46,103 nucleotides of DNA from Deltaproteobacteria bacterium (GTDB lineage Bacteria > Myxococcota > JACRCW01), in the NCBI GenBank assembly GCA_016218805.1, contig JACRCW010000042.1, positions 62,001 to 108,103 of the forward strand. Reading direction: 5' to 3'. A program made the translations under genes and the position numbers. Below the pieces are notes generated by a model. It made no database searches and had not been told where the DNA came from. It saw nothing but the letters and a program-made list of their open reading frames with translations. This document shows, piece after piece, positions 8,547 to 17,589 of this stretch; positions within the stretch are counted from its first letter, which is position 1, and each line of letters opens with the position of its first letter.

Positions 8547-9587
8547 ATGACGACCCTGCGCCGGCTGCTCGCGCTCGCCGGACTCCTTGCGACGATGGCG
8601 TGCCAGAACGCGGAGGACCGCGCGGCCAAGGAGCGTGTGTTCTCTCCGCCGCCGCCGGACCCGTTCATCCAGAAAGCCAAAGAGAAGTTGGAGGCGGCGC
8701 GCATCGCCACGGACGACGCGGTGCGCCTGCGCGCGTTTTCGCAGCTGTTCCCGGAGGTGGCGGCGCGGGCGCGCGCCGGGCGCTTTGACGTACAGGGCAG
8801 CATGGCGCTGGGGCGGGGCGCGCAGACGGTGACCGTCAATGAGACCGGGCACATCCGCTTCAACACGCACGGTGACATGGACGTGGAGCTGCGCACCGGA
8901 CCCACCGAGGCCACGCAGCTCATCTTCTGCAATGACGTCATCTACCTGCGCAACCGCGCGGGCTCCTGGCGCGCCAGCCGGGATCCCACGGACGAGCGGC
9001 ACTACTGGGCGGACAACGCGTACTCCTCCCTGCGGTCCATCACGGAGATGTTCAACCCGGCCATGAGCCTGGCGGTGAAGGGGAAGGACCAGGTGGACGG
9101 GCGCACCGGCACGCTGCTGGAGGTGACCTTCAAGGGGGCACCGCGTGACCCGGGCCTGCTGGCGGCTGCGGCGGACGGGGGACCCCCGCCCGGGACGCGC
9201 CTCCCGGACGGCGGGGTGCTCCACCAGGCGGCGCAGGACCGCCGCCGCGCCATGAAGGGCGGCGAGCCGCAGTCCATCACCGGCACGGTGGTCTGGGATG
9301 ACGAGGCGGGCGTGCCGCTCAAGGTGGAACTGGAGGCGGTGATGAAGCTGCCCGGGCGCCGGACCACGGATGCCAACTTCATGACGCTGAAGACCAGTTC
9401 CACGCTCACCCACGTGGGCAAGGATGAGGACATTGAGCCGCCCAAGGAAGCGGTGGAGGAGATTGTGCGCCGCCGCGTCCCGGTGAACCCGCTGGAGTTC
9501 CTGGATGCGGGCGCGGGCGGCAAGGGCAAGAAGGCGCCCGTCGTCGCCACGCCGCCGCCTGAGGAAGAGGAAGCGGAGTCACCATGA
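8547..9587 (+). CDS. Lipoprotein of unknown function
   Basis: MTTLRRLLALAGLLATMA-C lipoprotein signal; strong GC3 bias; ATGA overlap with proB. Confidence 0.75.
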   Translation: MTTLRRLLALAGLLATMACQNAEDRAAKERVFSPPPPDPFIQKAKEKLEAARIATDDAVRLRAFSQLFPEVAARARAGRFDVQGSMALGRGAQTVTVNETGHIRFNTHGDMDVELRTGPTEATQLIFCNDVIYLRNRAGSWRASRDPTDERHYWADNAYSSLRSITEMFNPAMSLAVKGKDQVDGRTGTLLEVTFKGAPRDPGLLAAAADGGPPPGTRLPDGGVLHQAAQDRRRAMKGGEPQSITGTVVWDDEAGVPLKVELEAVMKLPGRRTTDANFMTLKTSSTLTHVGKDEDIEPPKEAVEEIVRRRVPVNPLEFLDAGAGGKGKKAPVVATPPPEEEEAESP

Positions 9588-10726
9588 CGTCCACCGACCC
9601 CTCCGCGTGGAGGCAGCGGCTCCCGGGGTCGCGCCGGATCGTGGTGAAGGTGGGCAGCACGCTGTTGACCACCGCGGACCGCAGCGGCGTGGACGGGCGC
9701 ATGTTGCTGTCGCTGGTGACGCAGCTGGCGGCGCAGCGGGACGCGGGGCGGCAGGTGCTGCTGGTGAGCTCCGGCGCGGTGGCGCTGGGCCTGGGCCCCA
9801 TGGGGCTGACGGAGCGGCCGTCAGACCTGGCCAGCATGCAGGCGTGCGCGGCGTGCGGGCAGGTGCGGCTGATGCATCACTACGCGGAGGCGTTTGGGAC
9901 CTGCCGCGTGGCCGTGGGGCAGGTGCTGCTCACGCACGCGGATCTGGCGGACCGGCGCCGCTACCTCAACGCGCGCCGCACCATTGCCGCCATGCTGGAC
10001 CGGGGTGTCCTGCCCATCTTCAACGAAAACGACACGGTGGCCTCCGACGAGATCAAGCTGGGCGACAACGACACGCTGGGGGCCGAGGTGGTGGGCCTGT
10101 CCGACTCCGACGGCCTCATCCTGCTGACCGACCGCGACGGGCTGTTCACCAAGGACCCGCGGAGCAACCCGGATGCGGTGCGCGTGCCGTTTGTCTCGGA
10201 GGTCACGGACGAGGTGCGCGCGATGGCGGGCGGCACCGCCGGGCTGGGCACGGGCGGGATGGGCACCAAGGTCAGCGCGGCCCACCTGGCCGGCCAGTCC
10301 GGGGCATGGACGGTGGTGGCACCGGGGCGCGGCACGGACGTGCTGGCGCGCGTGATGGCGGGTGCGGACGTGGGCACGCTGTTCGCCGCGTCCGAGGACA
10401 AACAGCCCGCGCGCAAGCGCTGGATTGGCGGGACGCTGCGGCCCCAGGGCGTGCTGGTGGTGGATGCGGGTGCGGAACGGGCGCTCCAGCGCGGCGGGTC
10501 CAGCCTGCTGCCGGCGGGGATCCGCGCCGTGGAAGGGCAGTTTGAGAGCGGGGAGCCGGTTGAAATCCGGGGGCCGGATGGTACGAGGCTCGCCCGCGGC
10601 CTGTCCGCGTACGGAAGCGAGGAGATCCAGCGCATTGCCGGCAAGAAGACCCACGAGATCCAGGCCATCCTCGGCTACAAGTACGCCGACGAAGTGATCC
10701 ACCGCGACGACATGGTCCTGGGCTGA
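9584..10726 (+). CDS. proB: Glutamate 5-kinase with PUA domain
   Basis: IVVKVGS, LVSSGAV, PIFNENDTV, GDNDTL, GTGGMGTKV, SLLPAGI, VIHRDDMV. Confidence 0.97.
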   Translation: MTSTDPSAWRQRLPGSRRIVVKVGSTLLTTADRSGVDGRMLLSLVTQLAAQRDAGRQVLLVSSGAVALGLGPMGLTERPSDLASMQACAACGQVRLMHHYAEAFGTCRVAVGQVLLTHADLADRRRYLNARRTIAAMLDRGVLPIFNENDTVASDEIKLGDNDTLGAEVVGLSDSDGLILLTDRDGLFTKDPRSNPDAVRVPFVSEVTDEVRAMAGGTAGLGTGGMGTKVSAAHLAGQSGAWTVVAPGRGTDVLARVMAGADVGTLFAASEDKQPARKRWIGGTLRPQGVLVVDAGAERALQRGGSSLLPAGIRAVEGQFESGEPVEIRGPDGTRLARGLSAYGSEEIQRIAGKKTHEIQAILGYKYADEVIHRDDMVLG

Positions 10727-10742
10727 CGGCACACTGCTTCCC

Positions 10743-12044
10743 ATGTCCCCTTCCCCCGCCCCCCGCCCCGCCCATGACGTCGCCGCCGAGTTGTGCCGGC
10801 GGGCGCGCGCGGCGGCGCGGGCGCTCAACGCGGCGTCCACGGCGGACAAGGACCGCGCGCTGCATGCCACCGCGCGCCTGCTGCGCGAACGGACCGACAC
10901 GCTGGCGGAGCAGTCCCGCCGTGACGTGGAGGCCGCCACGGCCGCCGGGCTCAAGGGCGCGCTGCTTGACCGGCTCAAGCTGGACGGAGCGCGCGTGGAG
11001 GCGCTGGCCCGGGCGGTGCTGGAGGTTGCCGCGCTGCCGGACCCCGTGGGCCGCCTGGAGGACGTCACCCCGCGCCCGTCCGGCATCCAGGCGGGGCGGA
11101 TGCGCGTGCCGCTGGGCGTCATCCTGATGGTCTACGAAGCGCGCCCCAACGTGACGGTGGAGGCCGCCGCGCTGGCGCTCAAGAGCGGCAACGCGGTGCT
11201 GCTGCGCGGTGGCAAGGAGGCGCTCAACGCCAACCGCGCGCTCAGCGCGCTGTTCGCGGAGGCGCTGCGGGAGGCGGGGCTGCCCGCGGAGGCGGCCCAG
11301 CTGGTGGAGGACCCGGACCGCAGCGTGCTGGAGGCGCTGCTGCCGCGCCGCGGGGACATTGAGCTGTGCATCCCGCGCGGTGGCGTGGACCTCATCCGCA
11401 AGGTGGCCGCGGAAGCGCGCATGCCGGTGGTGGAGCACTTCCAGGGCATCTGCCACGTCTACGTGGACGACGCGGCGGACCTGGGCATGGCGCTGGACGT
11501 GGTGCGCAACGGCAAGGTGCAGCGTCCCGGCGTATGCAACGCCACCGAATGCGTGCTGGTGCACAGCGCCGTGGCCGCGCGCTTCCTCCCGCTGCTGCAT
11601 GACGAGCTGTCCCGCGCCAACGTGGAGCTGCGCGGCTGCGCGGAATCCCGCCGCCACGTCCCGGCCATGAAGGCTGCCACCGAGCAGGACTGGGACACGG
11701 AGTTCCTGGACCTGGTGCTGGCGGTGAAGGTCGTGGACGGCGTGGACGCCGCGCTGGAGTTCATTGCGCGGCATGGCAGCCGCCACTCGGAGAGCATCAT
11801 CACCATGCGGCATGACCGCGCCATGCGCTTTCTGCGCGAGGTGGACGCCTCCTGCGTCCTGGTGAACGCGTCCACCCGTTTCAATGACGGTGGCGAGCTG
11901 GGGCTGGGCGCCGAGATGGGCATCAGCACCACCAAGTTGCACGCTTACGGCCCCATGGGCCTGGAAGAACTGACCGCTCGGAAATGGGTGGTGCTGGGCC
12001 ACGGCGAGTGCCGCGGCGAACAGCCCCGCCGCCGCGCGAACTAA
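10743..12044 (+). CDS. proA: Gamma-glutamyl phosphate reductase
   Basis: VPLGVILMVYEARPNVT, LKSGNAVLLRGGKEA, PGVCNATE, NASTRFNDGGELGLGAEMGISTTKLHAYGPMGL. Confidence 0.97.
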   Translation: MSPSPAPRPAHDVAAELCRRARAAARALNAASTADKDRALHATARLLRERTDTLAEQSRRDVEAATAAGLKGALLDRLKLDGARVEALARAVLEVAALPDPVGRLEDVTPRPSGIQAGRMRVPLGVILMVYEARPNVTVEAAALALKSGNAVLLRGGKEALNANRALSALFAEALREAGLPAEAAQLVEDPDRSVLEALLPRRGDIELCIPRGGVDLIRKVAAEARMPVVEHFQGICHVYVDDAADLGMALDVVRNGKVQRPGVCNATECVLVHSAVAARFLPLLHDELSRANVELRGCAESRRHVPAMKAATEQDWDTEFLDLVLAVKVVDGVDAALEFIARHGSRHSESIITMRHDRAMRFLREVDASCVLVNASTRFNDGGELGLGAEMGISTTKLHAYGPMGLEELTARKWVVLGHGECRGEQPRRRAN

Positions 12045-12051
12045 GGAGACC

Positions 12052-12600
12052 ATGTCCCCGCAGGCCACGTCCGGGACGGCCGGACCCTCATCCAAGAAGA
12101 AAGCCACCGCTCGCAAGTCCACGTCCACCCGCGCCAAGGGCGACCCAGCGCTGGAGCTGGCCAACCGCGTGGCCGAACTGATGCTGGAGAAGAAGGCGGC
12201 GGACGTCGCCATCCTGGCGGTGGGATCGCTGACCAGCTTTGCGGACTACTTTGTGCTGGGCAGTTGCCAGGCGGACCGGCAGGTGCAGGCGCTGGGCCGG
12301 CACCTGGCGGAGACGCTCAAGAAGGAGGGGCACCCGGCGCTCTCCACGGAAGGCGAGCAGCAGAGCCACTGGGTGCTGATGGACTTCGGCGGCGTGGTGG
12401 CGCACGTCTTCTACGAGCCCGCGCGCGAGTACTACGACCTGGACGGCCTGTGGGCCGACGCGCCGCGCGTCTCCGTGGAGGACACCGAGGCGGAGAAGAA
12501 GGCGGCCGCCCGCAAGAAGGCCGCGTCCGACGACCCGGCCGCACCGGCCGCCAAGCCGCGCGCCCGCCGTGCCCGTTCCACGGACGACGCCGACGCCTGA
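12052..12600 (+). CDS. rsfS: Ribosome silencing factor RsfS (Iojap) with Lys/Ala-rich terminal extensions
   Basis: EKKAADV, ADYFVLGS, WVLMDFGGVVAHVF...REYYDLDGLW; AGGAG RBS. Confidence 0.93.
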   Translation: MSPQATSGTAGPSSKKKATARKSTSTRAKGDPALELANRVAELMLEKKAADVAILAVGSLTSFADYFVLGSCQADRQVQALGRHLAETLKKEGHPALSTEGEQQSHWVLMDFGGVVAHVFYEPAREYYDLDGLWADAPRVSVEDTEAEKKAAARKKAASDDPAAPAAKPRARRARSTDDADA

Positions 12601-12607
12601 GGGCGCC

Positions 12608-13690
12608 GTGACGGTGAGCCGCGACGAGGCGCCCGCGCGCGCCTGGGACCTGCTCCGCAACCAGGCGCTGGTGTGCCTGGACCGGCCGGCCGCCGCCGTC
12701 CTCCCTGACGACGTGCTGGACCGCCTGGCCACGGCGCTGGACCGGCTCCGGCAGCCGCTGCTGCGCGGCACGCCCGGCGGACCCTACCTGGATGAACCGC
12801 TGGCCCAGGCCGCCTACGCCGTCGGGCTGGCCCCGCGCACCACGGCGGCGGTCCTCCACGAACTCCCCGGCGGCGCGCCCGCCCGCGTGCTGGACGTGGG
12901 CGCGGGGCTGGGTGCGGCGGCGCTGGCGGCGGTGTTGCGCGGGGCCCGGCGGGTGACCCTCATTGACCAGGACGGAGCCGCGCTGGAGCGCGCGCGTGAC
13001 GTGCTCACGGCGGCCGGCGCGGAGCGCGTGGACCTCCGCCGCACCACGCTGGCGCAACCCCCCGGTGACGTGGGCACGTTTGACCTGGTGCTCGCCGGGT
13101 TCTCCCTGGTGGAGGCGTCCGCCGACGATCCGGCGCGGGCGGGCGCCCTGTTGGGGTGGATGGCGGACCGCGTGGCTCCGGGCGGGTGGTTGCTTGTGGT
13201 GGACAGCGCGCAGAAGTCCCGCGCCCGCCTGCTCAATGGCCTGCGCGAAACGCTGCTTGCCGCGAGCCTGCACCTGTGGGGCCCCTGCCCCCACGCCCTG
13301 CCCTGCCCCGCGCTGGTTCGGGAGCGGGACTTCTGCCACGCAGCGCGGCGCTGGGAGCTGCCGGCGGACTTTGCGCGCCTGGGTGAGTTGGCCGGCGTGC
13401 ACCGCACGCGCCTGAGCTACGCCTTCCTCCTGGCCGGGCGGGACCCGCCACCCTCCACAGCACCGTCGCTGCGGGTGATCGGTGACGTGCAGCGGGAGAA
13501 GGGCCGCGCGCGCGTCATGGTGTGCTCAGCGGGCCCGGCGCGCGAACTGGTGGCCCTGGCGCGCCACCGTGACGCCCACGCCGCACTGGAGGCGCTGCAG
13601 CGGGGGGACGCCGTGGACGTGGAGGTTCCACCGGACGCCGGCGCCCTGCTCCGCGTGGAGACCGCGGTGCACGCGCGGGGCGCGCCGTGA
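12608..13690 (+). CDS. Rsm22/METTL17-like SAM-dependent methyltransferase
   Basis: SAM motif VLDVGAGLG; GPCPHALPCP...DFCH motif typical of the Rsm22 family; LSYAFL. Start uncertain (GTG 12608 or 12614). Confidence 0.78.
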   Translation: MTVSRDEAPARAWDLLRNQALVCLDRPAAAVLPDDVLDRLATALDRLRQPLLRGTPGGPYLDEPLAQAAYAVGLAPRTTAAVLHELPGGAPARVLDVGAGLGAAALAAVLRGARRVTLIDQDGAALERARDVLTAAGAERVDLRRTTLAQPPGDVGTFDLVLAGFSLVEASADDPARAGALLGWMADRVAPGGWLLVVDSAQKSRARLLNGLRETLLAASLHLWGPCPHALPCPALVRERDFCHAARRWELPADFARLGELAGVHRTRLSYAFLLAGRDPPPSTAPSLRVIGDVQREKGRARVMVCSAGPARELVALARHRDAHAALEALQRGDAVDVEVPPDAGALLRVETAVHARGAP

Positions 13691-14454
13691 GCCGCCGCCT
13701 CCCGGTCATTCCCCCGGGGCGGCCGGCGCCCCTGACCGGGGCGTTTGTCCCGCGGGAACTGCCGCCGCGCCCCGGCCGCCTTGAGCAGCAGCTGGCCGCC
13801 CTGTGGACGCCCCGCATCCGCGCGCGGCTGCTGCAACCGCGCCACTGGGGGGACGCGCTGCACCTGCGCCGTCACTATGACCTGCAGGAGCTGCATCCCA
13901 ATGAGCTGATGCTGGACTACCGCACCGGCAAGCTGCCGGACTGCGAGGCGTGCGTGAACGTCTGCTGCACGGGCGCGCACCGCGTTGTGCTGCTGCGGCT
14001 GGTGGACGTGGCGGCGCTGGTGGACGCGGGGCTGGAGGAGTTCCTCACGCTGGACAAGCCGGTGTTCCCGGCGGAGGAAACCGCCGCCAACCCGGCACTG
14101 GGGGACCTGGTGCGCAGCGAGGCCTGGCGCCGCATGCCGGTGCTCAGGCAGGACGCCACGCGCACGTGCACGCTGCTGCGCGAGGACAACCGCTGCGGCG
14201 CCTGGCCCGCCTGGCCGCTGTCCTGCGCCCGTTTCCCCTACAGCCTGGACATCCTGCACATGCGGGTGTTCTTTGCGCGGTCCTGCGGCAGCGTGCAGCA
14301 GGCCCCCACCCGCGAAGGCCGCCGCCGCGAAGCCCGCCTGGTTGACGCCGTGGTGGACGCCTACAACCAGCGCACGCGTGACGCCGTGCTGCTCCGGGTG
14401 GCCCGGCCGGAGCTGGAAGCGCTGGGCCTGGCGCGGTTCATCCGCTGGGACTGA
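13687..14454 (+). CDS. YkgJ-like (CxxCxxCC) cysteine-cluster protein
   Basis: CEACVNVCC...CTLLREDNRCGAWPAWPLSCARFPY...C; GTGA overlap with the upstream gene. Confidence 0.75.
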   Translation: MSRRLPVIPPGRPAPLTGAFVPRELPPRPGRLEQQLAALWTPRIRARLLQPRHWGDALHLRRHYDLQELHPNELMLDYRTGKLPDCEACVNVCCTGAHRVVLLRLVDVAALVDAGLEEFLTLDKPVFPAEETAANPALGDLVRSEAWRRMPVLRQDATRTCTLLREDNRCGAWPAWPLSCARFPYSLDILHMRVFFARSCGSVQQAPTREGRRREARLVDAVVDAYNQRTRDAVLLRVARPELEALGLARFIRWD

Positions 14455-14458
14455 CGCT

Positions 14459-14749
14459 TCACTGGAACACGTACTTGTTGCTGAAGCGCTTCTTCACCAC
14501 GTGTTTGGCGCTGCGCGCTTCGCCCCAGACGGACAGGGGCACCTCCACCGTGATGCGCCCGGTGGCCGTCTCCACCTCCAGCATGTTCAAGGACTCCGGG
14601 CTCCCCGTGGACACCATGGGTATGGACTCCTTCCACACGCGCACCACCCGGCCTTCAAACCCCATCAGGAACGGGTCCGAATCCCTGAATATCAGCCCAT
14701 ACGCGCCCGCCAGGATCAGGGCCGTGATCAGCAATGCCTTCACCTTCAT
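14459..14749 (-). CDS. Small membrane-anchored hypothetical protein (96 aa)
   Basis: MKVKALLITALILAGAYGLIF N-terminal helix; AGGAAGGAG upstream; coding-type codon usage. Confidence 0.65.
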   Translation of the reverse strand: MKVKALLITALILAGAYGLIFRDSDPFLMGFEGRVVRVWKESIPMVSTGSPESLNMLEVETATGRITVEVPLSVWGEARSAKHVVKKRFSNKYVFQ

Positions 14750-14811
14750 CGCCCGTCCGCTCCTTCCTGCTCGTCCCCACCCATACCCTGTTGACCTCCC
14801 CGGCGGCTCAC

Positions 14812-15531
14812 CTACCCGCGGGCCAGCTGGCGCACCGCGGCGGTGAGCGTGGCGTCCACCTCGGCGGGGGATGGCGCGGTCCACCCCAGCGCCAGCATCC
14901 GGCCCGCCAGGTCCTCCCACGCGGGGGCCCCGGCGGAAAGCTCGGCGCCGCCAAGGCGGAACGCCACGTGCGCGGCATGGAGGAGGGGGCGAACCCCCGG
15001 CGGCCCGCCGTACAGCACATCCCCTTCCAACGGGTGACCGGCGTGCGCCAGGTGCGCGCGCACCTGGTGGGTGCGCCCCGTCGCCGGGCGTGCCGCCACC
15101 AGCGACCGCTCCGCGCCGGTCCGCACCGGCACCAGCAGCGTGCGGGCAGGTTTTCCGGCCGGGTCCGGCGCCTGCCGGGCGCGCGCGCCCCGGGGGGCGG
15201 TGACGTCGTCACCCAGCGGGGCGTCCACCACCCGCGGCGTCTCCAGGCACCCGGCCACCAGCGCCAGATAGGACTTGCGGACCAGATGCCGCTCAAACTG
15301 TGCGTTCAGCTCGCGGTGCGCGTCCGCCGTCTCCGCCAGGACCAGCGCGCCGGAGGTGTCCCGGTCCAGGCGGTGGCACACCCGCGGCGGCATGATGCCC
15401 AGCTCGCGCGCCACCACCACCGGCACCGTGGGGCCCTCGGCGGGATTGCGCCCGGGCACCACCAGCATTCCCGGAGGCTTGTGGACAACCAGGATGCCGC
15501 CCTGCCGGAGGAGGACGGTCAGCGCGGTCAT
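14812..15531 (-). CDS. RluA-family RNA pseudouridine synthase (no S4 domain)
   Basis: VHKPPG, HRLDRDTSG (catalytic Asp), TGRTHQVRAHL, HPLEGDVLYG, LHA; ATGA overlap with the upstream gene. Confidence 0.92.
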   Translation of the reverse strand: MTALTVLLRQGGILVVHKPPGMLVVPGRNPAEGPTVPVVVARELGIMPPRVCHRLDRDTSGALVLAETADAHRELNAQFERHLVRKSYLALVAGCLETPRVVDAPLGDDVTAPRGARARQAPDPAGKPARTLLVPVRTGAERSLVAARPATGRTHQVRAHLAHAGHPLEGDVLYGGPPGVRPLLHAAHVAFRLGGAELSAGAPAWEDLAGRMLALGWTAPSPAEVDATLTAAVRQLARG

Positions 15532-17270
15532 TGCCCCACGGAGACTTTCAACGGGATCTCCGCTTCAAACTCCTCGCCCTGGAAGCGCGGGAAGATCCAG
15601 CGGAGCAGCGCCCGGCCCAGGCACTCACCCAGGCGCGTGTTGTTCACCTTGGGGTCAGTAATGGTGACCTTCTTCACCTTGCCCGAAGGCCCGATGAGCA
15701 CCACCGCCTTCACCGTCCCCTTGTACTTCTCGCCCACCTTGGCGGCGTCATTGGCGCACTGGTTGAGACTGGTCTTCTGGTCCCCCACCACCTTCATGAG
15801 CTGTTCTTCAGTCAGTGGCGTGTCCACCTTGGGGCCCTTGTTCTCCTGCCGCGCCTCCACCTTCACGCCGGCGCGCTGGTCCGCCACCACCACCTGCTTG
15901 CGGCCGTCCGTGGTCAGCGCCGCCTTGAGGGTGTTGCTCACCTCCACGTTGCTGACGTCCACGTTGGCCGCGGAGTCACCCCCCTTGCGCTCAAACGTGG
16001 CGCCTCCCGTGTTCCCCGCGGCGGCCGCCAGCGCGTCAGCCAGCGCGGCGTTGTCTCCGGTGGCCGCCAGGTCACCCGGCATGACCGGTTTCTTGGGGCC
16101 GCCCTTGGGCTTCTTGGGCTCCTTGCGCAGGCCCAGGAAGGAAAAGTCCATCCCTTCCTCGTCATCATCCACCACGCGCGTCTTGATGGGCCGCTCCACG
16201 TCCAGGGCGGCAAAACCAATGTCCACCACGCTGGTGACAATGGGGATCTGATAGATGCCCGACGCGTCCAGGTAGATGATCCCGGCCAGCGCCAGCGTCA
16301 CCGTGCCGCCCACCGCTGCGTAGATGCGGTGTTTGCGGCTGCGGTTGGCCAGCCCGGCGGCGGCAATGAACATGCGCGTGGACTCGCGCGGCGGTCCCTC
16401 CGCACCGCCCAGGTCCGGGACGGATCCAAACGGGTCCTTGGGGTCCGGCCCGGTCTGCAGCGGCATGGAACCGGTGGGCGCGCCGTTGGACTGCACCTCT
16501 CCCAGCAGGCCGGCCAGCGGGTCGGAACCGGCGGCGTCGTCCGCGGCGGGGGGCTCGTCCCCGGATGCGGCGGGGGGCTGCGGATCAAAGTCCTCCGGTG
16601 CCGGAACCCCACGCTTGCGGCGCTCCTCCTGCAGGTTGAGGACCTTGGCACCGCCCGGCGGGGGCGGCGGCACCGGCGGCGGGGGCGGCGGCGGGCGGGC
16701 CAGCAGGGGCTTCAACTCCGGGATGTCAGGGAGGCGCTTCCAATCCCCCATGCCGTCACGCCAGCCGTAGGTCTTTTCGTCCGCTTCACCGGCCTGGACC
16801 CTGGCGCGGACGTCCGAAGCCCGCATGGGACCAACCTGCTGCCCCTTGATGGCCAGGTACCACTCCTCCGTTTCCTGCGGCGCGGGGGGCGCCTGCACGG
16901 GCTTGGGCGCCGGTGGGGCGTACGCCGGTGCGGCGGCACTCCGCGGGGCGGCCGCCGCCCGGGCCACGGAACTGCCTGGCCCGGTCTGGGTGCGCTGCGG
17001 GGCGGGACGGGCCGCGGCCTGCGGGGCCGGGGCGGGCGCGGCCGACTGGAAACCGCCTTGCGCGGGTGCGGCCTCGCGCAGGCTGGCCAGCACGGAGGGA
17101 TCCAGCGCCACCGCGCGCGTGGCCTCTTCATTGCGCGGCTCTTCCGGCTTGGGCTCGCGCAGGATGATGATGTTCTCGCACTTCTTGCAACGGATCTTGA
17201 GGACCTTGCCGCGGACCTTCTCGTCGGCGATGGAGTACTTGGTCTCACATTTGTTGCACGAGAACTTCAC
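15528..17270 (-). CDS. GltJ/AgmX-like protein: MJ0042 zinc ribbon + GYF_2 + TM + TonB-C-like C-terminal domain
   Basis: KFSCNKCETKYSIADEKVRGKVLKIRCKKC; WYLAIKGQQVGPM...WRDGMGDW...IPEL; Pro-rich linkers; one TM; C-terminal C...IGPSGKV...LGECL...WIFP. Start GTG 17270 or 17306. Confidence 0.82.
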   Translation of the reverse strand: MKFSCNKCETKYSIADEKVRGKVLKIRCKKCENIIILREPKPEEPRNEEATRAVALDPSVLASLREAAPAQGGFQSAAPAPAPQAAARPAPQRTQTGPGSSVARAAAAPRSAAAPAYAPPAPKPVQAPPAPQETEEWYLAIKGQQVGPMRASDVRARVQAGEADEKTYGWRDGMGDWKRLPDIPELKPLLARPPPPPPPVPPPPPGGAKVLNLQEERRKRGVPAPEDFDPQPPAASGDEPPAADDAAGSDPLAGLLGEVQSNGAPTGSMPLQTGPDPKDPFGSVPDLGGAEGPPRESTRMFIAAAGLANRSRKHRIYAAVGGTVTLALAGIIYLDASGIYQIPIVTSVVDIGFAALDVERPIKTRVVDDDEEGMDFSFLGLRKEPKKPKGGPKKPVMPGDLAATGDNAALADALAAAAGNTGGATFERKGGDSAANVDVSNVEVSNTLKAALTTDGRKQVVVADQRAGVKVEARQENKGPKVDTPLTEEQLMKVVGDQKTSLNQCANDAAKVGEKYKGTVKAVVLIGPSGKVKKVTITDPKVNNTRLGECLGRALLRWIFPRFQGEEFEAEIPLKVSVGQ

Positions 17271-17589
17271 GGATGGCCTCTGCCTCGAATCAAGGTCCGG
17301 TGTCACCTTGGAACGACCGGGTGGTGGAATCGATCTCGCACGCGGGTACCGGTCGGTCCGGACCCGGCCCTTGCCATACTAGGCCAACCTCCCACCGCCA
17401 CGCACCCTGCTTGTGCACTGAGCCGCAGTGCGTCACCCGCACCGGACCCCACCGCCCGCGGACCCCGGCCTGCCCACCGTGCGGAGGGTGCCCCGCACCG
17501 GGGGTCTTGTCCGCGCCCCCCGGCCGGATGACAAGGGTGAGCGGGACCCCATCCATGGTGCGCTGCGCATCCATCCGCTTGGAGAACGT

